DNA of 64,000 nt from Caecitellus pseudoparvulus. Its lineage: Eukaryota; Protista; Bigyra: Bicosoecida. The DNA is taken from contig CBFFRQ010000051.1 of assembly GCA_965644315.1 (NCBI GenBank), positions 62,001 through 126,000 on the forward strand. The letters are read 5' to 3'. The notes beneath the pieces were generated by a model, which saw nothing but the letters and a program-made list of their open reading frames with translations, had not been told where the DNA came from and did no database searches. Of the stretch, positions 12,069 to 22,900 are shown piece by piece (positions within the stretch are counted from its first letter, which is position 1; each line of letters starts with the position of its first letter). Both the position numbers and the translations under genes were made by a program.

Positions 12069-13523
12069 ATGGCCACAGCGGGCGGGCCCTCTGATGGGGA
12101 CACTGTCACACAATACCCAGCTGAGAATGAATGGGGACTGACCGCCCTGCACTTGGCGGCAGCGGCAGATGATGCTGAGGCCATTCGTGCTCTTGTGGCG
12201 TCCGGGCTCAGCCCAGACGTCGTCCCACGACCCAAGTTCCACCGCATGACACACGGACAGGACACACCCCTGCACACAGCCGCACGAAAGGGCAACACCG
12301 CAGCTGTAGCAGCCCTCCTGCAGTGTGGCGCCACCCCTGGGTGTTTGAACAGGGACGAAGCCGTGCCAGCGGCCGTCGCGATGCGTTTTGGGCGGTGGGA
12401 CGCAGCTGTGCAGCTCCTGGAAGCCTTTCCCTACTGCAGTGACTACGGCCGGTTCGTGCCTCCCCGAGCTGCTGCAGTGAAACAGGGCCGACCAGACATC
12501 TTGGGGCTCCTGGTGCGGGCCCAGCCTCAAATCGTGCTGGGGCCGAGTGTCCACTTCCGCATTCGTCTGCCGCAGCGGTCGCCCATGGCATTCACCAGCA
12601 CCATGCTGTGGCTCGCCTGTGCCTTCCAGCAGCCGGAGTGCTTGAAGGTCATCCTCAAGTATGGGCCTCGCCCACTGCCCCTGCACACCTTCCCTGAGCA
12701 GGGCCTCAAGACCAGCCCTCTCGCCGCTTGCTTCCTGCGCGAAAACTTGGCTGCCGGCGCCGCCTGCATTTCCCTGCTCCTCGCCGCGGGCGCTGACGCA
12801 ACGCTGCCAGAGAGGAACGGATCAAGTATTCTGCACTTTCTGAGGGACCGCGTTCGCGCCATGGGGCTGCCTGCGGGAGAGCAGGAGAAGGCTGAGCGTA
12901 AGGCTGGTTGGCTTGCCGTGCTGCAAGCGTTGCTGAAACACCCTGCGTTGCATGGTGGAGTGAGGCACCCACAAGGCAAGTCAGCTATGAACTACTGGCT
13001 GAACAGGCGCCCGATCCCAGCGGCGAAACCCGCCCACGGTCCGCCATTTCATGTGGAGTACTGGCAGCTCGTCTGCGCGTTGCTGCGCAGCATCCCAAAA
13101 CGCCGCCGTCGCCGCGTGATGCACCGCGAGTGGGAGGGCTCCCCTTCGCCCATGCACGCACTGTGCCGAACCGCCTCCGCCCCCCTGCACCACTGGGGGG
13201 CGCTCGTTCTGCAGGCGTTTGCTGCAGGTGCGAGTGTCGACGAGACACCACCAGAGAGTCTTGGTGCCGCTGGCGGCGTTGGTGCCGGCACGGCGACGGA
13301 CGGGCAGCCGACCTTGCCAGCCCGCCAGACGTCTCCTCTTGGCTGCCTGCCTGGAGAGGACCTGGCTGAGGCTTTGGGCCGCCCAGAAAGCACTTGTCCT
13401 TGGGTGGTCCACGCGGCAACCCCCTCCTACGCTTTGCGCGTGACGGCTCAGCTGTGCTGTGGGTGGCATCGCTGGCGCCTGCGCAGACACATGCTGCTGC
13501 TGCGGCAAGAAGCGGAAAAGTGA
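12069..13523 (+). CDS. Ankyrin-repeat protein
   Basis: GLTALHLAA, QDTPLHTAARKGNTAAVAALLQCGA, SPLAAC...LLLAAGADAT; single 484-aa ORF. Confidence 0.8.
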   Translation: MATAGGPSDGDTVTQYPAENEWGLTALHLAAAADDAEAIRALVASGLSPDVVPRPKFHRMTHGQDTPLHTAARKGNTAAVAALLQCGATPGCLNRDEAVPAAVAMRFGRWDAAVQLLEAFPYCSDYGRFVPPRAAAVKQGRPDILGLLVRAQPQIVLGPSVHFRIRLPQRSPMAFTSTMLWLACAFQQPECLKVILKYGPRPLPLHTFPEQGLKTSPLAACFLRENLAAGAACISLLLAAGADATLPERNGSSILHFLRDRVRAMGLPAGEQEKAERKAGWLAVLQALLKHPALHGGVRHPQGKSAMNYWLNRRPIPAAKPAHGPPFHVEYWQLVCALLRSIPKRRRRRVMHREWEGSPSPMHALCRTASAPLHHWGALVLQAFAAGASVDETPPESLGAAGGVGAGTATDGQPTLPARQTSPLGCLPGEDLAEALGRPESTCPWVVHAATPSYALRVTAQLCCGWHRWRLRRHMLLLRQEAEK

Positions 13524-13588
13524 AAAATGGGAGGCAATGTTGCGCATCTCCAGCCCCATCCTCCCTTCATTTGTTGGCGGATGGGCGT

Positions 13589-16539
13589 TTAGGAGCTCAA
13601 CGAATGCTTGGCATGCCGTTTGGAGCAAGTGACAACATTGCTGCAGTTGCCAATGGTTGTCGATGTCAACACCCGGGCTGCAGCAGCAGGATATAAAGCG
13701 AAGCCTACTGAGTCAAGCATCACTGCCGCTGCAAGCTTCACCTTGCCAGTTCTCGCCCACAGCATTAGACGGCCACGAGGGAGCACCTGTGCAGTTGCGC
13801 AGCACTAAGCAAAACGTCCATGAGAGCAAACTTGCGAGGGGGCAGTGCCAATGCATTGCCACACACTATCCATATACCTCCGGGCATGCGTTCATGCCCA
13901 CAAGCTGGTTGGCATACTCCACTGTGGCGTACAAGCTCTTGCACCCCTCTGACACGCGGTCTGCGATGGCTTGCTGGGCCTTGTCCTGCACTGCTGGCGG
14001 CAAGCTGGCCAGCCCGCTTCCGTCGGGAGCACCCACCTCCCGCAGTACCTGCATGTACGCCGCATCCACCAACTCGCTCCGCAAGCGCGCGACAGTGGCA
14101 GGGTCCACCCCCGTGCCTCCCTGGGCCAGTGCATGTGCGGCGTCCACTTGTGCAGGCGTGAGCCCATCTCGAGGGTGGATGGGCCGACGACAAGGGTGAG
14201 GGGGGCGTTGCTGTGCAGACACTGGTGCAGAATGCAAGTGGGACCCCTCTCTGCACGTGCTGCGTTGCAGCAAGCCCAGCTCTGGCACGCTTCGCCATGT
14301 TGCTGGACCTGTCGCGGCAGGGTGCGGCTCAGTGCGTTCGCCCACGGAAGACACTGAGGATGCACCCTCCCAAACTGGCCTTGCAGTGCTCTCGTGATAT
14401 TCTGCTGTGGGAGCACCAGAGTCGTCGGCTTTGCCTAGAACCTCCCGCATGCGCGCCAGCACCGCATAGAAGTCACCCGGCAACTGCACTGACTCACTTG
14501 ACTCCAAACTCGCTGTGCCAGAGGCCTGCTGCCTGTCGTGCCAGCCTTCAGGCTGATCTTGAGCGTCAGACTCAGAAGCCACCCCGCTGCTGGGCGAAGG
14601 GCTGGGTGGCACTGACTCCGAGTCACTGTCGAGTGACGCCAGCGGTGACAACGCACCCACCGAGCCATGGGCCGCCACTTGCCCCTTATCATCATGGATA
14701 GACTGTTCTGCAGCGCTGGCTTGTGGTGTGCGATCTTTCGTCGCGCCTTGGTCGGGGCAGGTCGGCTCAGGGATTGGGGCAGGTTGAGCCCCCACCCTGC
14801 TGCGTTCATGTGTCTTGACTACGGGGTGTGGGACTTGGGGCGACTGTGCCGCTCGCCGCACGGGCCCTGCAGCAACCACTGCATCCCGCTCAGGGGCATG
14901 CTTCATCCACGCTGCCTGCTGTGCGGGTGTGGCGGCACGGAGCGCGGGTGGAGCAAGGGATGGCAGGTGCGTGCTGGGGTGGGGCGGAGGCGAGGGCGGG
15001 GCGCTGCGCAGCCCGTCCCTGGGCAGCTCCACTCCAGGTCGAACATGCGATCTCACATCGTGGTGCGCCTCTGAGGGTGTCTGTGTCCCCACGGAGGTTC
15101 CCCGCGCTGGCTGCGCCTTGTGCGCCTGCCGTGTGGGGTGGATGTCCACTGCTGCAGCCCGGATGTGGTGTGTCAACGCCGCAGCTGGGGCCAAGGGGGG
15201 TGTGGGCGGACTAGACAGCTTGTTTGTCGCCCGTGGCGGCGTGTGGCAGTCGGCAGGGGTCATGGTGTCCACCGCCTGCACAGCGGGGGAGGAGGGCGGC
15301 GGGGCACTTGCCAGGCAAGTGCTCTGATTAGGCGCCCCTCCCAGGCCCCGCACAGGCACAGGCGGTCGCGAGAGGCCTGCTTGGTGCAGTGCCACCACTT
15401 GCTGCGCTGTGTGTGTGCGGAGGTGGGCCATGCCCGCTCCGCTGCCTGCTGCACTGTGCTGCAGCCACCACGCCGCGGGCACAGAGATGCCACGTGCTGC
15501 CTCCACGGGAACGATGTAGTCTTCAAGAGCTGCAGAAGCAGAGGTCTGGGTGGGAGCAGGCGGTGAGCCCTTGGTAGGCTCTGTGCTCGCTGCCTGCCGC
15601 CCCTCCCCGTGGTGTGCGGCATCTGCCTCGAGGATGCCAAGGTAGGCGCGTAACGCATCAGCGGCCTTGCTGCAGCCGGTGGCCGTCGTGCCAGGGGCCG
15701 TGACGGCAAGGAGGGCTGTGCGCTTTTCACACTGCGCTGCGTGGCGCTGCACTGCAGCCGAGGCGGCAGGCGACGCAGGGGCAGGGCCCTCTGTGCTGGG
15801 GCTGGCCGCAGCATGAAACGCTCCATCTTCACGGGCGCCTGCAGGACTGATCAGTTTGCGTTGTGGCGTTGGTGATGCTGCCCGTCCCCGGTGCGGTGTG
15901 TCTGAGTGTGGCGGCGACGGCACCAGAGCTGCTTGGCGGCTGCCGTTGTGCACTGCCACACCTGGCTTGCTGGTCGGTGTGTCTTGCACGCTGCCGCAAC
16001 GGCGAGGTGTGTGATCTGTGCATGTGGGAACTTAAACTGTGCCATGAGCAGCCAGTGTGTCCAGCCAGGCGGCTGTGCAACGGCCGGCGTTTCGTTGTGT
16101 TGCTTGCGACGGAGCGTTACGCACATGCAGAGCCAAACAGCACACGCCGAGGCGATGGCAAGGGCGCCTCTGCTGCCACAGCCTCTCGAAGCGAGTCCAG
16201 GACACGACCAATTGCAGAGGAGGCCGTGGAACGCATGGTGATGGCCTTGACGTGGGCCACAGTGTGCTTTGGCAGGGCTGGTAGCGGGCTGGCTGAGGGA
16301 CGCTTGTGCAGGGGGGGCACCCACTTCCCCGTGTCGATGCAGTGCAGGAGGAGGACGGCATGGTGGCAGCGGTCCCGCAGCCACACCGGCACATTCGTGG
16401 GCGCCACGAGCTCCTGCAGCCACAGCTTCACCCTCACACGCAGGCCTGCGTCCAGGGTCCGCGAAGCAGCTGCCTGCTTGCAAGCCTGCAGGAAGGCAGC
16501 CAGCACCGCGTGCAGAGGGGTGGGCGCAGGCACATCCAT
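13589..16539 (-). CDS. DUF4485 (CEP112 N-terminal-like) domain protein with long low-complexity region
   Basis: Exon 1 RVKLWLQELVAP...WLRDRCHHAVLLLHCIDTGKWVPPLHKRPSASPLPALP resembles the DUF4485 pattern and is followed by the 707-aa ORF 13866..15989. A possible last exon runs to 13589 via a GTATAT donor; the 3' end is uncertain. Confidence 0.55.
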
Positions 16540-16696
16540 GACGCGTGCAGAAATACAAGACACATCAAGGAGGTCTCTGGCCCTGGCCTGTGCAGTCGGA
16601 GTTGATTTGGCCGCGCTGCCGGGCGGAGTGCCTGCGGAAATTGCTCACACCTGAACCGCCGGCCTTCACCTGGCCTTCGCCGCCTGGGGGCCCGGC

Positions 16697-17470
16697 ATGC
16701 AGGTGGTATCCCAAGGAACTTTTCTATCCTCCCTACTGAGGCGTTCAGTGCCCCTGCGCCATGCAGTGGGCATTGACTGGGGCTCTTCCAAGCTTGGAGT
16801 GGCGCTGTGGCGTGTGGAGGAAGATGCTGTGCTCCCGTTGACGACTCTGCGGCCGCCGCTCCTCAGCACCGGTGCGCCCTGCAGCATGCAGAACTGGACT
16901 GCACACTGCAGCACAGCACTGCCACACCCCCCGCCCTGCGCTGCAGACCGAAGCGCCTTCATGGCTCGTGAGCTGTGGCAGTTGCTGCGGCGCCGGCAGT
17001 GCACGCACCTCGCTGTAGGCTGGCCCCTCACGCCGGCTGGCGCTGTGGGCACCACATGCCAGCGAGTGGCAGACTTCCTTCAAACACTGCAAGGTCACTC
17101 TCCACCACGTGCCACTGAGCCGTTGCAGGTGGTGTTGGTGGACGAGCGCGGCACCAGCGCAACAGCACGGCAGGTTCTGGCCGGGTCAAGCAACGCAGGA
17201 GCAGTGACTTGGGGAGCCGGCCGCATCCTGGCCGACGTGGCGCCGGCGCAGAAGCTGAAGCCGAGTCAAGCTGCCAAGGTGGATGCCATGTCGGCCGCCC
17301 TCGTGCTGGAGATTCTGCGCGCTGCGTTGCCGGCGCCCAGCGAGTCAACGCCCGAACACGCCACCACGCCGTCGCTGGACGTAACGGGGCGGCAGGCACA
17401 AGAGACCGGCATGCCCAGCTCCGCCGGAGCGCGAGCAAGTCGTCGCTGGCTGCGCAAGGGGCACAAATGA
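16697..17470 (+). CDS. YqgF/RuvX-family RNase H-fold nuclease, probably organelle-targeted
   Basis: VGIDWGSSKLGVA, LAVGWPL, VVLVDERGTS, VDAMSAALVLE. The N-terminus is Arg/Ser/Leu-rich with no acidic residues. Intronless. Confidence 0.85.
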   Translation: MQVVSQGTFLSSLLRRSVPLRHAVGIDWGSSKLGVALWRVEEDAVLPLTTLRPPLLSTGAPCSMQNWTAHCSTALPHPPPCAADRSAFMARELWQLLRRRQCTHLAVGWPLTPAGAVGTTCQRVADFLQTLQGHSPPRATEPLQVVLVDERGTSATARQVLAGSSNAGAVTWGAGRILADVAPAQKLKPSQAAKVDAMSAALVLEILRAALPAPSESTPEHATTPSLDVTGRQAQETGMPSSAGARASRRWLRKGHK

Positions 17471-17516
17471 CGTGCACTGCGCCCGAACCTGCCCAACACG
17501 CAGTGCCATGCATTGG

Positions 17517-18511
17517 TCACTTGGCAGCCTCGCCCTCCAAGTGTGTGAACAGCTGCAGCAGGAAGTCCACGTCCTGGGCGCCAGAGGCCGTGTAGGTGCT
17601 GGTGGCTTTCGGCTCCGCTGTGGCACCGGCCTTGGCTGGCACGGCACAAGTGCCGTCAGCTGCGCATGCAGCAGCATCGGACACGGGCGCATCGCCCACA
17701 TCAGTGGCTCCCGTGCTGGTGTGCAGGGATACGAGGAAGAACGGCACTCCGCTGATGCGGTACGTCTTCATGAAACGCTTCACCTCGTCGTGCACGTGCT
17801 GTGTGCCTTCATCGCTGCTCAAGAATTTCTTCGCTTCGGCAGCGTCCAAGCCAGCCGCACCCGCCGCTTCCGCCAACACGTCCAAGTCCCCAATGTTCTT
17901 CTCATCCTCGAAGTACGCTTGGAACAGTGCCGAAATCAGTGCATCCTGCTTCCCAAATTGGTCTGCCCACTCCACCAGGCGGTGCGAGTTGGTCGTGTTC
18001 GCGACCATGCCACCGTACTGCGCAGCGGAGCCGAGTCACACGTTGCGCTGGGCCAGCCAGCAAAGCCTGCAGCGCAACGCACGGAGAAATTGATGCCTTC
18101 TGCCTTGCCCACCTGCACCATATATGGCAGCATCTGTGCCATGCGCTCTTCCCCGAACTTCTTCTTGTACCTGAGTCCCCAGGGCGAGGGCAGCGTGGAG
18201 GTAGCGACGCAGGCGCCGCTCCCTTCAGGCCACGCACGAGGCCATCTTGTCCACTCCTTCCACTGGCAAGGACGGGTCCAGGAAGAACGGATGCCACTTT
18301 ACTTCAAATGTGGCCGTGCCACCCTCTGCCTTGTACTTGTCAATGGCCTTCTCCAGGCGTCGCTTCCCCACGTAGCACCTGGGCAGGCGGGCAGCGTGCG
18401 GGTGCATCCAATTTCCGCACGGAATCCACGTGCCAGCCCTCGCCGACAGACGCACCAGGGGCAAATGTTATCCGATACGACGTCCACCTTGAATGTTTTC
18501 TTGCTAGCCAT
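17517..18511 (-). CDS. DsbA-family (FrnE-like) dithiol-disulfide oxidoreductase, 4 exons
   Basis: VDVVSDNICPW|CYVGKRRL (CPWC), WHPFFLDP, NTTNSHRL, LFQAYFED, ISGVPFF, SGAQD. Confidence 0.9.
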
Positions 18512-18759
18512 GTTTGCAAACGCCCTGTACCAAGCCTGCTGCGTTGCCACTCGCGTGCACTGAGCAAACGTTCGACGTGCTGGTCTCAACAGCATGCTCT
18601 GCTGCCAGCGCCGACAACAATTGGGCTCGAGCGTCAAAGAAGACACTGCAAGGGAAGGGTGTGGGATGGAGCACTTGGTTCTTTGTGCTGTTTCGGTATT
18701 GTGTCATCCCCTGTCCTGCATTGGTTTTGCTCAGTCGGCGAGGAGGGAAGCTGCATGCC

Positions 18760-19909
18760 ATGGCCCTGCGCGTGTCAGGCAAGACTGTGCTTGGGGCTGC
18801 GGTGCTGGGGGGGGCAATCGGGGGCATCGGGGGGACTGCCTTCCATCAAGTTGCTGCAAAGATCCCTGGCCGGTTCATCCATGACCAGCCCTTTGCTCCG
18901 GCGGGAGCTGGAGCGCTTGTGGGTGCTTGGTGCGGGTGAGTGCTGCTCAACATGCCATGAAGCCATTCGCGCGCCCCACTCAGTCCTCTTGGTTGTGCAC
19001 CACAGTGTCTGGTATCCCTTGCACGCTCGATTGATGGCTTGGTTCAAGCGCAAGCGGACTTCTTCGCGCGCAACGGTGCGAGTGGCGTTCGAGTGAAACG
19101 CCAGCGAAACACTTGCCCCTTGCATCGGCCGCCCCCACCCCCTGCAGAGGCTATTTCTGAAAGTCATGCTGGACACCATACCCAGCACAGTTGTGTCCAC
19201 CGTTGTGGCATTCTGCATTGTCTCTGCTGCAGCCCGGACGGATGCCTTCATGATTTCAGTGCACGGCTTGGGGCTGCCGCCTTCAGCATCCCGTGAAGCT
19301 GCTGCGCGGTACGCGAAAGCCACCGCGGAACTGGCAGCAGGACAGCCCAGGCCAACTCGCCAATATGCCGACTGCCCTACACAGCAGCAGCTGGAGGCTT
19401 GGGGTGCATGGGTGCGGCAGATGGAGAGCACGGCAGCCCCAGGCTCGGCCCTGCACGAATGGGGTCCGAAAGACGTCTGCACCAGTACCTTCTACCCCCG
19501 CGCCCTGGCCCGGGCCGCGCACCACCCCCAGGAAAGTCCCCTGCGAGACCCCAGCGTAACACGCCAGGCGCTACAGGTAGGCGGTGCGCACGGCCTGGTG
19601 GCACTGGATGCTCGGCGCCGGGCGCTGTCCCAGGCCTGGTACATGACCAGCACTGGTGCCTGGTGGCCTCTGTGGCTCGTGGGCTCGGCAGTTGCCTTCC
19701 TTGCCGTGCCCCCCCCCGTTCGCCCGCTGTGGGGTGTACTGCAGTGGTCCGCAGTCAACGCACTGGCTCACTACCACCCGCCCGGCACGCACGGCTACGC
19801 ACCACCAGGCCACAAACCACGCGTCCCACCAGGCAGCCCGGACGATGAGGGCCCCCCAGAGGCGTCTGCCACTCGCAGAGGCGGAGGCAGCAAGCCCAGC
19901 ATGGTGTGA
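18760..19909 (+). CDS. Membrane protein, divergent Mpv17/PMP22-like (3 exons)
   Basis: In-frame splicing gives hydrophobic segments, LFLKVMLDT, and C-terminal WWPLWLVGSAVAFLAVPPPVRPLW, resembling Mpv17/PMP22 motifs. Confidence 0.45.
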
Positions 19910-19983
19910 TGGGCCCATGCCTGGCCCAGCCAGGCAGCAGGGGCCATGTGCCCTCAGTCGACCGCTGCTGGGCTGTGCCGCCG

Positions 19984-22900
19984 TCACAGCAAGTCCTCGG
20001 CATCGTCAGGGTCCTCGAAGCCGCCTGCGATGCGCTGCAAGAGCGCGGGGGGCAGGGGGATGAACAGCCGCTCCAGCCCGCCGCCCCCCTCCGTGCGCTG
20101 GGTCGCGACCAGGGCGTGGTCGGTGAACTCCACCAGCACGTTGCGGAAGGCGATGTCGGTGCTCACCAGCATGCTGTCTTGGCAGGCAGCGTACCATTCG
20201 TCCCACACCATGCCGCCCTCCTCGGGGTTGTCCAGCTGTTCTTGCGCGAGGATGGCCAGGATGGCGCGGTGGTTGGGGGTGAGGGACTTCAGAACGTATG
20301 CGACGCCCGTCTTGGCTGTGCTCTCGCGTTCCGGCAACACACTCGGAACATGGGGCGCCTCGCTCGCATAGCGCTTGAAGGCACTGCAATCCACGTGCAC
20401 CCACCTTCCCAGCTCACGCGCTTGCCCGCTCATCAGCACGCCTGCGTTCACGTGGTCGGTGGATGCGACCAGCTGCAGACGAGGGCACGCCGCCAGGATG
20501 GCCAGGCCTGCCTGTGCCTCAGGAGACCGGAATCCGTGCCCGTCCAGGTTGTGCAGCACCAGGCACAGCGTCCGGCCCGCAGTGCTCACTCGGCAGGTGT
20601 CCACGACGGCAGCCAGCTTGGAGACGGCGACACCCCCCACACGCCCACGGCGGCCCAAGGCATCCAGGTCCAGGCCTTGGCCCCGCACCACTCGAGCGGC
20701 ACCCGCCGTGGCACCTGCTGCCTGGACGGGGGTCCAGTCTTCACCCTCCTCCTCCGCGTCGCTGCGACCGCCGGCCGAATCTGAGCCACCCTCATCATCG
20801 CCAGCCGCCGACGCGGCTGCCGCAGGGCTCGGCCCAACGACACAGCTGCGCCGAGCTCGTTTGGCAGCCAAAGCTGTGCGGCGCCCCTTGTCGGGGTCCT
20901 GGGTGTCATCGCTGGAGCGTGCGACCTGCTTGCGGCGGCGCTTGCGACCGCCGGCTTTCACGGCCGCCGTCGGACCAGGCTGGCTCGCGTGCTCGTCACG
21001 CCCTGCACTGGCAATGTGCAGGGTAGATGTGGTGTCTTCATGCCCTGCAGATGCAGTGAGGGTGATGGGGGGCGCTGGCGGCAACCCGGCAAGGCGTCGC
21101 CAGTGACGGGACAAGTGCTGGCGGATGAACCTGTACTGGTGCTCCTCCACGTCCTCTGAGGCCAGGAGAGGGGGGTTCCCTGCGCGGTCTCCCATGAGGA
21201 GGTCCGGGTCCACTGCTCGGTTGGTGGGGTCCAGCTGGGGCAGTGCTCGAGGGGGGGCAGTGGAGCCCCGCCGACCGCCTGTTCCGCGTCCCCGCCGAGC
21301 GTGCGCTGAGGCACTGTCGCCCGCCACGTCCTCCAGGGGGTCGAAGGCGGAAAAGCCCCCCTCGTACACCTTCACCCCGCCCAACACTAGGCGCTTCTGC
21401 ACTTCCAAGCCATCCTTTGATCCCCCCAGCACCACCTGCAAGCTGCCCTGCGCATTCACTGTCAGCCCCATGGTGTGCAGCGCAGAGGGAACGGCACTGG
21501 ACCCACTGGCCCACAGGCTTGGTGCCGCGCTTGCACGCTGCAAGCTGGTCCACGTTGACGCGTCAGTGCTGGAGCTGGTGCCGGCGGGCGACGCATCGCC
21601 CCCCATGCACGCGGCGACGAAGCGGCAGTGGTCCAGAACAGAGGCGAACGTGGACGTGCGCCCCAGGAACTTCTTGCAAATGAGGTTGCACAGCCCCTTC
21701 AGGGTCACTCCAGGCGTGTACCCATTCACCACCAGCACCGACGCCTCGTGCACCAGCGTGCCGGCAAACTCCTCAAGCAGCGCCTTCTTCGAGCCGACGC
21801 CGTACGCGAGAATGCTGCGCCCAGACGTCAGTAGGGACCGCCAGTGCCCAAACTGCTCACGAATGTGCCTCGTCAACACCGCTGTTCCGACCTTGTTCCG
21901 ATCTGGCAAGCTCGCCACGACCTCGTCCGCCTTGGCGTCAGAAGGCAAGCTGCCAATGTCCACAGCGCGCTCGCTGGGACGGGCGCGCTTGCCGCGAGAC
22001 GCGCCACCCGGAACCGTGAGGCGGTGGTGTGTGAAGAACATGTCTTGATAGGCTGTGTGGGAGCGTGCAGTGGGGGTAGCCCTGCGACGGCGCCGCCCAG
22101 CGCCGTGTTCATGGTCGGCAGTTCGGCCGCGCTGCCGCGGAAATTCGCTGTCCGAGTCATCGCCGCTGCCAGCCGTACCACCCTCTTCATCAGAAGACAT
22201 AAGAGCAGTGGGTGTGGGCAGAGACAGCAGGCTGTCTGGGTTGAGGCTCATGTACACCTTGCCTTCGCCCTGCCCGCCCACTGGTAGTGCGTGTTTGGCG
22301 GTTTCTTCGTCCGCCAGGGCTGTCTGCGCAAGGTGGGACGGCAGGCACACCATCTTCCCAGCCTTGTGTCGCTTCTCGGCACAGGTACTGCAGAACCAGT
22401 CCCCCGGAGGCACCGCTGACAGCGGGGGGTCAGCACAAGCCAAGTGGCACACAGACTCACACGCGTCGCACACGACCATGAGAGCAGCATTGTCCGTGCC
22501 ACGGCACACGACACAAGGTGCCGATGTGTCCACCGCTGCCGTTGTGCTGTGTTTGGGGCAGTACGCGAGCTTAGCGACTTCCCCCTCGCCTTCCTCTGCA
22601 TCCCCCTGGTGCAGCGCCATCTCCACGTTCGCGCGAATGCCGCACAGTGGGTGGAAAGCCGCACAGCACGTGCCAAAACAGCACTGAATGGGAGCGCCCC
22701 GTGAAGAACTCGCACGCTCCAGCAGGGCTGGCCCTGCCCAGAATGCCTTCTCACCGACCCGCCCACCAGACGTCTTCAGCGGCGCCTTGGCACTGTACTT
22801 CCACCGCAGTGTGCCCTTCTTGTACCAACAAGTGTCTGGCGGGAACACGCCCCTGCCAGCCTCTGCCTTGCGCTTCTTGCACAGCGTGCACGGCAAGTCC

